From: Acytostelium subglobosum
Lineage: Eukaryota
Direction of reading: 5' to 3'
Length of the DNA stretch: 64,000 nt
Assembly (NCBI RefSeq): GCF_000787575.1
Contig: NW_012236524.1
Location: forward strand, 679,665 to 743,664
Under the pieces are notes generated by a model, which worked only from the letters and a program-made list of their open reading frames with translations, made no database searches and was not told where the DNA came from. The position numbers were made by a program, and so were the translations under genes. Shown here in pieces: positions 22,353 to 33,856 of the stretch; the stretch's first letter is position 1; the number at the start of each line of letters is the position of its first letter.

Positions 22353-23436
22353 ATGTTATCGACATCAAGTGTAGTCAGAAGTCTGTTTAGCACACGTGTC
22401 ACACCAGTCTTTAGCAGAGGTGGAGCAGCATCAGCAACAACTTTGTTGTTAAACAGGAGCTCATACTCAACCACAACCACGACTGGAGCATCATCGGGTT
22501 CATTGGCCGATGAGTGTACACTCGAGCGTCTGTCTGGCAAGGATGCAGGTATCAGTGTGATCTCATTCAATCGTGCACCCGTCAAGAATGCCATTGGTGC
22601 CAACCTGCTCAAGTTGTTCAAGAGCCACTTGCAGACTCTGCGCTTCGATAACACTACCCGTGTCGTCCTTCTTCGCAGCACTGTCCCAGGCATCTTCTGT
22701 GCTGGTGCCGATCTCAAAGAGCGCGCTCAAATGTCACAACAACAAGCATCCGAGTTTGTCTATGACCTGCGATCATCTTTCACTGATCTCGAGGTATGTT
22801 TGATTGATTGGTTGATTGATCGAATGATTGAGTGATGATGATCGCTAACACAATTATACGTAGGTCATGCCAATGCCAACGATCGCTGTCATGGAGGGCG
22901 CAGCACTTGGAGGTGGAATGGAGATGGCCATCTCATGTGACTTTAGAGTTGCCAGCAAGTCATCAAGGATGGGTCTGCCAGAGACAGGTCTGGCCATCAT
23001 CCCAGGGTAAGTCGTCGCCCCACCCTTCCCATGCTCACTCGCTCACTGACTCACTCAATCAATCACACGATCAAACAGTGCAGGTGGCACGCAAAGACTC
23101 CCAAGACTCATTGGACCAGCATTGGCTAAGGAGTTGATCTTCACTGGCGAGATATTGAACTCACAGCGCGCAAAGGAGATTGGATTGATTCAACATGAGA
23201 CTGAGCCAAACGAGGCATATAACAAGGCATTGGAGTTGGCAAGATTGATCCTGCCAAAGGGACCCATCGCCATCAAGGTGGCCAAGATCGCAGTCGACAA
23301 GGGAATGAATGTAGACATTGCCACTGGCATGACCATCGAACAAGCATGTTACGCTCAAGTCATCCCAACCAAGGATAGAACTGAAGGACTCACAGCATTC
23401 AAGGAGAAGAGGTCTCCAGTTTACAAAGGAGAGTAA
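22353..23436 (+). CDS. auh: Methylglutaconyl-CoA hydratase (AUH-like enoyl-CoA hydratase/crotonase family), mitochondrial; exons 22353..22793, 22864..23006, 23079..23436
   Basis: [46 protein letters not shown] and [16 protein letters not shown]...[30 protein letters not shown] align almost residue for residue with human AUH. The N-terminal Ser/Arg/Thr-rich presequence ([16 protein letters not shown]) suggests mitochondrial targeting. Both introns are GTATGT/GTAAGT..AG with the phase conserved. Confidence 0.85.
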
Positions 23437-23694
23437 CTTCATTCAATCAATAATGATCAATCAAACGATCTATTAAATGTCCATATTTGGAAGTTGTCAT
23501 TAATGATTGTGGTGGAATCATTCCAATCAATTTTAATACCACATCGGGGGTTGGTTCGTATGGGTACGTCATCACCACGACATTTTTGATGAGTAGCACC
23601 GGACCACTTTGAGAGCCTCAAACAGGTCCACTTCGTTCATTCATTCACTCATTTATCATTCAATCAATCACTCAAACATAGTAATAATAACAAG

Positions 23695-24459
23695 ATGAGA
23701 TTGTTCTCAGTGTTGAATCAGAGATTATGGCAACCCTATCTAAGGGCCTTGGACTCATACCCCCTCGTCAGTACGTAGGCCTTCCCAATGATCACACGAT
23801 CAACTTGCTCGCACTCACTCAATCATCACACTCATTCAATCACTCAAACAACAATCACACTCAATCACTGGAATCATTCCATTCATACTCACTAACTCAC
23901 TCACTCAATCAAACAAACAGCTAAATCATTGTCGACAGCCGCATTGATGGGCACTGGAGATGTTATAGCACAGAGATTGGAATATCATTATAAGAGCCCA
24001 AGTGAAAGAATGAAGACGAAGGGTTTCGAGGTGGATGTGAGGAGAGCATTGACAATGACTGGAGTAGGTGCCTTCTTCTCAGGCCCCCTCCTGCACTTTT
24101 GGTACAAGCGTCTGGACATTTTGGTTCGTGGCGAGGGCGCACTAGTAGTAGTCAAGAAGCTGGCATTGGATCAACTCGCATTCGCACCTGTAGTGATCTC
24201 TGCTTTCATCGGTCTGATGGGCACACTCAATGGCAAGACACCCAGTCAATGTATACAGGCTATTCAGAATGATCTGTTCTTTGCACTCAAGGCCAATTGG
24301 ACACTGTGGCCACTGGCCAACGCGATCAACTTTGCACTCATACCACCATCACTCCGAGTACTCTACGTATCCACAGTCAGTGTCTTTTGGAACATCTTCT
24401 TATCGAACCTTGGCAATAAAAAGCATGACGAGGGTTCAACTACATCCTCGTCTTCTTGA
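23695..24459 (+). CDS. Mpv17/PMP22 family membrane protein (Mpv17/SYM1-like); exon 1 23695..23770, intron 23771..23920, exon 2 23921..24459
   Basis: AALMGTGDVIAQRL, LDQLAFAPVVISAFIGLMGTLNG and NWTLWPLANAINFALIPP match Mpv17 family signatures. The first exon MRLFSVLNQRLWQPYLRALDSYPLV lies in a different frame from the ORF-track call and is joined through a GTACGT donor and a CAG acceptor (phase 1), reproducing the Mpv17 N-terminal pattern (LWRAYQRALAAHPWKV in human). Confidence 0.7.
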
Positions 24460-24846
24460 TTGACCAAGTTGATTGATTAGTGTGCATGTGTGTGTGTCGC
24501 CTTGATGTAGAGATAGGACTCATACATGTTATGGTAGTACAAGACATTGGACAATGAAGTACCTGTCAATCGGGGTGTCTTGGTGGGACAAGCCAATCTT
24601 TGAATTGATGTGATCACCCACAAACCCCACTGATCACACACTGTTTTGATCAAGACCGTTTTGTTTGATTAAAAATACTTTTAAAGATGTGATCCCAACA
24701 TTCAATCTGATTATTCGTATCGACAATTCATACTTATACATAAACATATAATATATATATACTCCACTCACTCAATCAATCAACTCAAATCAAATCAAAT
24801 CAAACTCGCACCGACATAATCGATTGTGTCTGGTAACGCGACAAAT

Positions 24847-27527
24847 ATGACTACTACGACTACACCACCAACGCCAACAACCACTGACACTCCAACTATA
24901 ACGACAAATACAATGAATAACCCTTCTGCAGACCCGATAATGACAACGACAACGACAACGACCAACTCAAACACAACAAGTGGACCATCCTCACCACAGC
25001 CATTCCTCAACACATTTGAGAACTCAATCGATCTGCTCGACTCACTGGACGACTCGCCACAGTTCAGGAAGCAACTACGCGACAATGAGCAAAGTGTCGA
25101 GGAACTAAGCCAGAGCATCAAGAAGCTGCTCAAGTCTGCGCGCCAGACCTGCGACCTGGGCAACGAGTACAACAACTCATTCCGCACATTCACCGACGAC
25201 GTCCTGTCCTACAGACTGGATGCGCGCGTCAATGACGAGGTGCTCGAGAAGGGCATGATCAAGTTCGCCACCGCCCTCAAGGAGATTTGCAACTATCGCG
25301 AGATGCTGCACATTGAGATGGAGGCGCTGCTGCACAACCCTCTCAGCGAGTTTGCCGACAACGACTTGAAGCAGGTCAAGGAGCTGTACAAGAAGTACGA
25401 CAAACACAGTCAGCTACATGACACGGCCGCACTCAAGCTCGGCCAGATCAAGAAGAAGCACTCCAATCGCCTCGAGGAGGTCGGTCAGGAGGTGACGGAC
25501 ATCTATCGCACACGCATAGCACACAGCGTGGACTTGGTGGAGAAGATGAATGAGCTTCAGGCACGTCGTCGCTTCGAGTTCCTCGAGATGTTCTGCGTGT
25601 ACCTTCAAGCACAGTCCACCTTCTTCCACCAAGGCTACGAGTTGTTCCGCGACCTTGAGCCACAAATGCGCATCTTCTCCAGCTACCTCCAATTCACCAG
25701 GAAGCACTTTGATGAGACAAAGCATCAACAAGAGGTACTCAAGCAAGATATTGTCAATGTATGTCATCGTAGCGTTCATTCTATCGATCAAACAATCATG
25801 CATGCTGACACCTGGAACCATTCCACCCCACCACCTCCATCACGTGATCGATCAATCAATTCAGAGATCCAACCTCTCATCCTCCCCATCACAAACACAT
25901 ACACATCCTGCCAGCAAGCAGTTCTTGCAGGGTCGTGCATCAGATGTAGCTTGCAAGAAGGGTTACTTGTTCAAGAAGTCCAGCAGCAAGTTCAGCAGAC
26001 GCTTCTTCTCATGCGATGATGGCAAGCTATCATATTACAAGAGTGGCAATGTATGATGATGGTCGATGATGACATTGGTGATAGTGATGAGGGACTGGTC
26101 TAACATACCTTACCCCACCTTAGGAGCATACACCGAGACATACATTCAAACTATTCTTGACAACAGTGCGCATTAGAGAGGACTTGGAGCATAGGAACTG
26201 CTTTGAGGTACTCTCACCTGACAACTCACTCATTCTACAGGCAGAGTCAAATGAGAGCATGATGGAATGGGTACAAGTGTTACAGAACTCGACGGCCAAT
26301 CTCATCAACAACATCTCACCAACCTCAGACAGACCCAGACTACATAGCTCTGGTGGTGGACACAACAATAACCACCACAACAGTGGCAACAGTGGCAACA
26401 ACAGCGTAAATGGTACATCATGTAATATAGTCAATAGTAACAATAACAGTAACAACAGTAACAGTAACAATAGCGGCAACAATAACAACAACGATCTCAC
26501 TCAATCATCATCAACAGAGGATGAGGATACACCACCACTGGCCATTCTACGAAGTTTGGACGCGTCAAACAAGATGTGCTCGGACTGTGGCGCAAAGGAT
26601 CCAGACTGGGCCTCAATCAACTTTGGCTCAATCGTCTGTATCGATTGCTCAGGCGTACATCGCAGTCTTGGAGTGCACATTACCAAAGTGCGATCACTTG
26701 TCCTCGACAAATGGGAGCCAGAACTATTTGATGTATGTAGTAGCATGGAGAAGTGTGTCGCGCTGGATGACGATAGAGTAGTGAGTAGTGAACTAACAAA
26801 GTGATGGAATGGATGTGTAGATGATGAAGCGTATAGGTAACAACAAGGTCAATCAGATATTCGAGTCGAATGTGGCAGCGGACAGAGTTAAACCGACAGC
26901 AACATGTTCATTCGAAGCGAGAGCAAAGTGGATCAGGGACAAGTACGACAAGAGGTTGTTCGTGACCTTTATCGAGAAGCCACTGGTCGAACTCAACTCA
27001 GTATGTAGTCTGGCGACCAGGTATCATTTGGAACTATTCCACTCATTCACTCAATCAATCAATCATTCAATCAATCTAAATAGATGTTATACAAAGCAGC
27101 TGGAGAGGGCGACACTGGACACTTGCTGGATTTGATGGCCAGCGGAGCAGACCCTAATCACTACGACCCGGAACATATGTACAGATCACCACTGCACAGT
27201 GCAGTGGCCAATAACCAGGCGCAGAACCTTTGTTTGTTGCTACAGAATGGCGCGCAGACAGGTATACAGGACATCAATGGCAACACGGCATTGCACGTGG
27301 CCGCCGACTGCGGCAGTACGAAATGTAGCATACTGTTACTGATGAAGAATACGGCGCTACTAAACATCACCAATAAGGATAAGAGGACTGCACTTGACCT
27401 GGCTGTGGACAAAGGGCAGGTGGGCTGTGTGGCCATCCTTCGACTGTCACAGCTACAGCGAGATGAGAACAGACAATTCGACGACTGCTTTGCCGATGTG
27501 CTTCGAGGATTCTCTGGCAATAAATGA
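24847..27527 (+). CDS. ACAP/centaurin-beta-type ArfGAP (BAR + PH + ArfGAP + ankyrin repeats); 5 exons 24847..25758, 25865..26050, 26124..26732, 26821..27000, 27084..27527 (about 776 aa)
   Basis: An N-terminal Thr-rich tract is followed by a BAR-like coiled region. The PH domain is [30 protein letters not shown]...WVQVLQNS. The ArfGAP zinc finger is [46 protein letters not shown]. Ankyrin repeats are [37 protein letters not shown]. All four introns have GTATGT/GTATGA donors, AG acceptors and consistent phases. Confidence 0.8.
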
Positions 27528-27574
27528 TGTTGAAGTAGTTTGTTCAAATGCATATCCATTTATTATTCCGTGTA

Positions 27575-29233
27575 TTACTTATGGGTTTGGATTGGAAGTG
27601 GCTTGTCAGAGATGACACATGTGGCACACCAATCAAGATATTTAATACTGTCTAAGTCTTCGATCTTTGTCCATATGTCTTCATCGATGGAGTACCTATA
27701 GTTACCATCGCCTCCCTGAAGCACCAACAATGTGCCAGGCTGTGCTGTACATGTCACCAAATGACCAAATATGGTGTTTTCTTTATCGTCTTTTTCATCG
27801 TTATCTATACTAATCCACTAAATCATCATCCTCTTGATCATCATCCTCTTGATCATCATCCTCTTGATTATCATCCTCTTGATCAAAATCCTCATTGATG
27901 AGGGGACCATCATTCTTGGTTATTGGCATTGGTGCCAACTCTGTTGAATGCAGTTTGATGGACACATTGTCTATTGATAATGGCATGCTGATGAAGCGAC
28001 CTCCAACAAACAGGATGTATATATTGTCCTCGTAGAGGGTGCATGACTCAACCTCGCCCTCCAACTCACACCAATGCACTTGCTCTCTTCGGTTGAGATC
28101 AAATGCATTGATTGAATTGGTAGAGGATTCTTTGTCAATGCAATACAACCAGTTGAAATGTTTGAACATGAACGTGACACATATTCCGTCATCGAGATCT
28201 CCAAGATGAGAGAGAGCCTGTTGTTGCTGCTCCTCAGATTTGCTAATGTTGAATGTGTACACTCGAGAGTGACTGTCACTTTTATCATCATCGTCTTGTG
28301 TTGTGTGGCCAATCAGATAGATGAGTTTTTCTCCATCAATCCAGGCTGCGGACATGTATTCGAATCCTCTTGGGTTGACAACTCCTTCTAGTTGGATGTC
28401 ATGGCGCCAACTGCGATCGATAACCGAGAATACAGAGTATGTTTGTGGAATGGAATAATAGTCCCCTGTTCCAAAGACGAAAACATCACCATGAGCGTAC
28501 ACAGCTGATGAGCCTAGTGTGTATATGTAGCCTAATCCATCGATATCCTCCTGTGTCCACTTGTTGGTCAATGGTCAGAATAGAGCGTAGGAGTCATGGT
28601 CGACGCACATGACATGGTTCTCCTCGATCGAGGTCATGAGTACTTCTCAGAGTCTTCCAACAGTTGGAAACTGGACCTCAGTTGATCTTTGATGCCATTT
28701 AATCTGTTGGTGTCAAACTTTGCCTTCAGCCGTCGAATGAGTTGGTGTTGTAGAGTCATCTGGACCAATGTCAACAGTTCAATGTCGGTGATCTTAATAA
28801 CAGAGTCTGGTGATGTTGGCAACGTTTGTTCAATGAACTGATCGAGTGATGAGCATGATGCAATCGCTTCAATCATCTCATTGTCCAATTCAACATCGTT
28901 ATTGTTGTCCACAGTTTGTTTGAATGTATTGGTAATGGTCTTGATCTCATTTATGATGCCAAGCATTGTTGTTTGAGTCTGTTCCAACCTGTCATTAATT
29001 GTTGAGTTGAACTTATGTTCCTCAATGACAAGCATGTTATGCAGTTGTTTGAATTGCTCCGATACATCCATTGTCGATTGAGTCAATGTCTGATGTGTTG
29101 CAGCCAGTTGTTGAAGAGCACTCCATAACAACTTCAATCTCAATTTTGACGAGTCATTGTATTGACGCTTTTCAATCAATGATCTTATATGCTTGACACA
29201 TTCAACATCATGTCTCTTGTGGCTTGAACTCAT
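27575..29233 (-). pseudogene. BBK-A: decayed copy of the B-box/coiled-coil/Kelch-propeller family (nonsense codon plus at least 2 frameshifts, no in-frame start)
   Basis: Homology to the intact paralogs is continuous across three different frames (ORFs 28634..29233, 27810..28571, 27575..27760). Where paralogs have a Ser codon in the TLFSP(L/M)TNKWT motif, this copy has TGA at 28575..28577. The B-box region is preceded by polyQ/K but has no ATG. Confidence 0.55.
27826..27890. repeat. 15-nt tandem repeat (atcatcctcttgatc)x4 encoding an acidic (DDQED)n linker in BBK-A
   Basis: Read directly; analogous poly-Asp linkers (DVDDVDDDDDD) occur at the same position in the other family members. Confidence 0.7.
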
Positions 29234-29499
29234 ACACAGTTCACAAACCAGACAGTTACAGTCGATACATATAAACCTCTGATCATTGAGTGACTGACAA
29301 CAGTGTTTCTGTGATTGTTGCCTCTTTTGTTGCTTCTTTTGTTTCCTCTTTTGTTGTTGTTGATGTTAAATTTGAAGCAAAAAGTCCAAAAGCAACTAGA
29401 ATGGCTGGCCAGCCATTTTACTTTGGCGATTTCTTTGGCTCTCACTTTGGCAAGGCAAACAAACAAACAAACATTGTTTATTTAGTATGTCGCTAGATG

Positions 29500-31353
29500 T
29501 TAAGTATGGATTGGACGTGGCTTGTCAGAGATGACACAGGTAACAGTCCAACCAAACTCTGCTACAACCATGTCTTGGACTTGGATCTTTGACCATGTGT
29601 CATTCTCGATGGAGTACTTGTAGTTCATATCACCGCCTTTGAGTACCAACAATGTTCCAGGTTCCGATGTTGATGTTACCATGTTATTATATCTTTGTTG
29701 TTGTTGATCATTAAGATTGTCATCATCATCATCGTCGACGTCATCAACATCAACAACATCCTTCCTCTTTGTAATCGTTGTTATTGATGCCAACTCTGTC
29801 GATTGGTCCAACGTCGTCTTCTTCCTGGACAATGACATGCTGATGAGGCGACCTCCCACAAACAGGATGTACAGCTTGTCCTCGTGGAGTGTACATGCGT
29901 CGACATCATCCTCCAGATAGCACCAATGCACTGGCTCTTTGGTCTTAAGGTCGAACACACTGATTGAATGATGGTCCGAATCATTGTCCAAGCAATACAA
30001 TGTGTCGAAATGTTTGAACAAGTAAGTCGTTATGCAGCCTTCTTCGAGATTGCCGACATGAATGAGATGATCCGGGTTGTCAATGTTGAGGCTGTACACT
30101 CTAGACTGTCGATAGCCACCAGGGGTCACGTGGCCAATCAAATAGATGAGCTTGTCTCCATCGAAGCATGCAGCCGACATGTATTCGAACCCATCTGGAT
30201 CGACTACTCCATCGAGTGGTATGGCGTGGCGCCATTGCCCATCGACCACCGAGAATACAGAGTATGTAGGTGGCGGGTTGTCATCAACACTTGTTCCAAA
30301 CACATAGATATTGCCACGAGCGTACACTGAAGATGAGCCACGTTGGTAGATGTTGTCAATTCCCTTGAGTCCGATTAATGTCCACTTGTTGGTCATTGGC
30401 GAGAACAGTGTGTAGGATGTGCTATTGATGAACATGACCTGATTCTCGAGTTCGTCAGTGTACTTGTCCGAGTCCTCCAACAGCTGAAAGCACAAGCTCA
30501 GTTGATCATTGATGTCATTCAATCTGTTGGTGTCAATCTGGACTGAGAGGGGTCGAACTAGTTGATGCTGTGACGTGTTCATCGTTTGAATTGTGCGCTG
30601 GACCAATGTCAGAAGTTCAATGTCTGTGATCCCAATCACAGGGTCAGATGATGAGGTTGTTGGGTATGTTTGTTCGATGAACTGATCGAGTGATGTGCAT
30701 GATGTTATTGATTTAACCAATTCAATATCAATGTCTGTGTCTGTCTCCATCAGGTCATCGTTGTTGTCAGCGGCCACAGTCTGTTTGAATATATTGTTGA
30801 TGTTCTTGATCTCATTGATGATATTGTGAATGTTTGTTGATGTTTGTTGTAATCTGTCATTGATTGTTGAGTTGATCTTGTGTTCTTCAATCACGAGCAT
30901 GTCATGTAGTTGTTTGAAGTAATCACTGACACTCTTGCTAGTGTTGGTCAATGTCTGATGTGTTGAAGCCATTCGTTGTAGGGTACTCCACAACAACTTC
31001 AATCTTGATGTTGACGATTCATTATATTTATGTTGTTCAATCAATGATCTTAAATGCTTTACACTATCTGCATCATGTCTCCTATGACTTGAGCTCATAC
31101 ACAGTTCACAAACCAGACTATTACAGTCGATACATATGAATCTCTGTTCATTGAGGGTCTGGCAGCAGTACTGCGGCTGTTGTAGTTGCTGTTGCAGTTG
31201 TTGCTGTTGCTGTTGCAGATTTTCTATATCCATCTCTACTGGCATATCTTTGAAACATATTACTTGTATTTGTTTGTTGTGCGTGGTTTGAAACTTTTTT
31301 GTTTTGTTTCCGCTTCTCTTGCCCTCAACCTCCCCCAACTTCCGTGTTTCCAT
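29500..31353 (-). CDS. BBK-B: B-box zinc finger + coiled-coil + Kelch-type beta-propeller protein (intact, up to 617 aa; the true start may be the internal MPVEMDIENLQQ)
   Basis: CCQTLNEQRFICIDCNSLVCELCMSSSHRRHD has B-box C/H spacing. It is followed by a heptad-rich coiled coil (LKLLWSTLQRMASTHQTLTN...), then propeller strands (VYARGNIYVFGT, KLIYLIGH, KLYILFVGG), a poly-Asp linker and a final blade GGDMNYKYSIENDTWSKI. Confidence 0.7.
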   Translation of the reverse strand: METRKLGEVEGKRSGNKTKKFQTTHNKQIQVICFKDMPVEMDIENLQQQQQQLQQQLQQPQYCCQTLNEQRFICIDCNSLVCELCMSSSHRRHDADSVKHLRSLIEQHKYNESSTSRLKLLWSTLQRMASTHQTLTNTSKSVSDYFKQLHDMLVIEEHKINSTINDRLQQTSTNIHNIINEIKNINNIFKQTVAADNNDDLMETDTDIDIELVKSITSCTSLDQFIEQTYPTTSSSDPVIGITDIELLTLVQRTIQTMNTSQHQLVRPLSVQIDTNRLNDINDQLSLCFQLLEDSDKYTDELENQVMFINSTSYTLFSPMTNKWTLIGLKGIDNIYQRGSSSVYARGNIYVFGTSVDDNPPPTYSVFSVVDGQWRHAIPLDGVVDPDGFEYMSAACFDGDKLIYLIGHVTPGGYRQSRVYSLNIDNPDHLIHVGNLEEGCITTYLFKHFDTLYCLDNDSDHHSISVFDLKTKEPVHWCYLEDDVDACTLHEDKLYILFVGGRLISMSLSRKKTTLDQSTELASITTITKRKDVVDVDDVDDDDDDNLNDQQQQRYNNMVTSTSEPGTLLVLKGGDMNYKYSIENDTWSKIQVQDMVVAEFGWTVTCVISDKPRPIHT

Positions 31354-31530
31354 TTTTCAGTTTCCTGCTGCCACACTCTTACAAAGTTTGGAGACACTCT
31401 TCAACAACTCTTTGATTCAATATTAATTAATCAATCAAACAACCAATCAACAATATTTAAAGTTTATTATATTCAAATATTCATATTGTTATATTTTGTG
31501 ATAAGATAAAGAGGTCTTTTTTTTCTCTGA

Positions 31531-32654
31531 TCAAAAGTTATCGCTCAATCTTGTCCATTGTCCAGTTTCAATTTCATAATTCCAGTTCTCCCCTACACCA
31601 AGAAGAAGGTGTATCCCAACATCCTGGGAGTTTGGACTGTAGTGCAACTTATGGCAATGTTTGATGTTCTTCTTTTTAGGCGGGAATTGGAGAGTTTCGA
31701 CATGTTTGGTCAGGAGGCACACACGGAGGAACGTGCTGTCAGTCAGAACATATATATGATTTCCATCGAAAGAGAGTCTTCTCCAAGGTTTAGCCCGTCG
31801 ATGTGAGTTTCCCATTCCAACGTGTTGACGTTGAGTGCCAGAATTGTTGAGTGATGTATCTGGTGATAAAACCCACCAACGACATAAAGTTTTCCATCGT
31901 GAAAGAAGGCACCAGCCGTGTTACAAGGTGATGGTAGCGATCCAAATCGGCTGAACTCTTGTGTCATGATGTTGAAACGTTCGACAAGAGCAGAGGATTT
32001 TCCATTAACAATGCCACCCACCAAATAGATATGGTGATCTCCATCGAAGCAAGCTGAGGTTGAACGCCTTCCCTCTATTCCAACGATGGGTATATCGTTG
32101 TACCAACGTTGCTCCAGAGTTGAGAAGCGGGCATAGGTGTTCGGGCTCTCTTTGCCGCCAAAAACATAAACATTGTCTCCATCGTGCACCATTGCATTGG
32201 TGGCACATGTACGGCCCTTGAAGTCATATATCAAGATCGGTGTTGATGAGAGTGGATTGAACAAGGTGCAACTATCTTCAGTGAGGGAGAGGACTTGATA
32301 GCACGGGTGGGGATCAATAAATTTGAAGCAAGATTTGATGTTCGACTTGATGCTCTCCAACAATGGGTAACTCGTACTGACTTGGATATGACTGAGCTTG
32401 ATGCTCATCGGCTTCTGTGACATTCGCTCACTCTCCTGAATGGCGTGCAGCAACTCAATGTCATTATAATCAACAACATTGATTGATTGGTAGATGATGA
32501 GACCGCCACTTGCGATGAACTGCTCCATTGACGCTGATTCATTGATTAAAGTCGTCACGCTGTTCATGTCAAGTGCATCATCATCATCATCATGGCCAAC
32601 ATTTGAAGGCTTGTCCAACAAGGTACCATTAGTCAACGATATGATGTGGGACAT
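31531..32654 (-). pseudogene. BBK-E: divergent Kelch-propeller family member lacking the B-box/coiled-coil module, with the C-terminal blade in a shifted frame (likely disrupted, or possibly a short undetected intron)
   Basis: Classic Kelch doublets are present: NVYVFGG, HIYLVGG, KLYVVGG, RWYNDIP. The terminal blade (GENWNYEIETGQWTRL) is only in the frame of ORF 31531..31815, which overlaps the body ORF 31743..32654 out of frame. Confidence 0.4.
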
Positions 32655-33778
32655 TTCCTCTTTGATTCCCTTTTACACTTGCTTGGCACATGGACACTCA
32701 AATATATGAGTTTGCCTCCGTCATATAAAGCTGCAGTCGGGTATATAAAATCACCATCTTCCTCAATTCCTTCGAGTGGGATGTTATGGCGCCATTGACG
32801 ATCGGCCACAGAGAACACAGAGTATGTTGGTGGAAAGGTAGCACTCGCACGCGTGCCAAACACATAGACATTGCCACGTGCGTACACTGCCGAGGTGCGA
32901 TGTTTGTATATCGCGCCAATCCCATACAGTCCGACTTTTGTCCACTTGTTGGTCAATGGTGAGAACAGAGTGTATGAGCCTTTATCACTGATGAGCATGA
33001 CACTGTGATCGAGGTTATTGGTGTACTTCTCAGAGTCCTGGAATAGTTGGAAACTTGAACTCACTTGTTCCTTGATATCATTAATTAGGCGAGTGTCAAC
33101 CCAACACTTTGCAGTCAATGGTTGAAATAGATGATGCCGTACATTCATGTGCTGAGCAGTGCTTTGAACCAATGTCAGCAGTTCAGTGTCGGTGATCATC
33201 GACCCATCTGATGATGTTGATTCTGAAGTTGGAAATGCTTGTTCGATGAACTGATCGAGTGATGAGCATGTTGTTATCATATCAATGTCTTAGCTCAAAC
33301 CATCATCGTTGTTGTCCAAGGTACTTGATGTTGATTGTTTGAACAGGTTGTTGATGTTCTTGATCTCATTGATGATATTGTGAATGTTTGTTGCTGTTTG
33401 TTGCAATCTGTCATTGATTGGTGATGTGATCTTGTGCTCCTCAATCACCAGCATGTCATGCAGTTGTTTAAATTGCTCCGATACATTCTTGCTCGATTGA
33501 GTCATTGTCTGATGTGCTGAAGTCAGTTGTTGAAGATTACTCCATAACAACTTCAATCTTGATGTTGACGATTCATTATATCGGCGTTGTTCAATCAATG
33601 ATCTCAAATGATTGACACTCTCAACATCATGTCTCTTATGAGTTGAACTCAAACATAGATCACAGACCAAACAATTACAATCGATACATATGAACTTATG
33701 ATCATAATTTGGTGACCTACAACTACAATACTGCTGCCGATGCTGTTGTTGCTGAGGTTGATTATTTGATGTAGACAT
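32633..33778 (-). pseudogene. BBK-C: family copy with an in-frame TAA (33290..33292) between the coiled-coil and middle regions, and a propeller truncated after about 2 blades
   Basis: ORFs 33290..33778 and 32633..33280 are in the same frame and separated only by TAA: ...DNNDDGLS*DIDMITTCSSLDQF. Homology ends at KLIYLSVHVPSKCKRESKRKCPTSYR*, right where BBK-E begins in another frame. Confidence 0.55.
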
Positions 33779-33856
33779 TTAATATATATCTGATTATGTA
33801 TCTGTATCTTCTTTCAAAGTTCGTGAATGAATGAATGATTCGAAAGTGAAGGGGGA

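Noticed and set aside
31531-31815. Treating the frame change at the C-terminal blade of BBK-E as definite pseudogenisation
   Set aside because: Unlike BBK-A and BBK-C, the two frames overlap for about 70 nt. A short intron or a single-base sequencing error cannot be excluded, so it is labelled probable or disrupted only.
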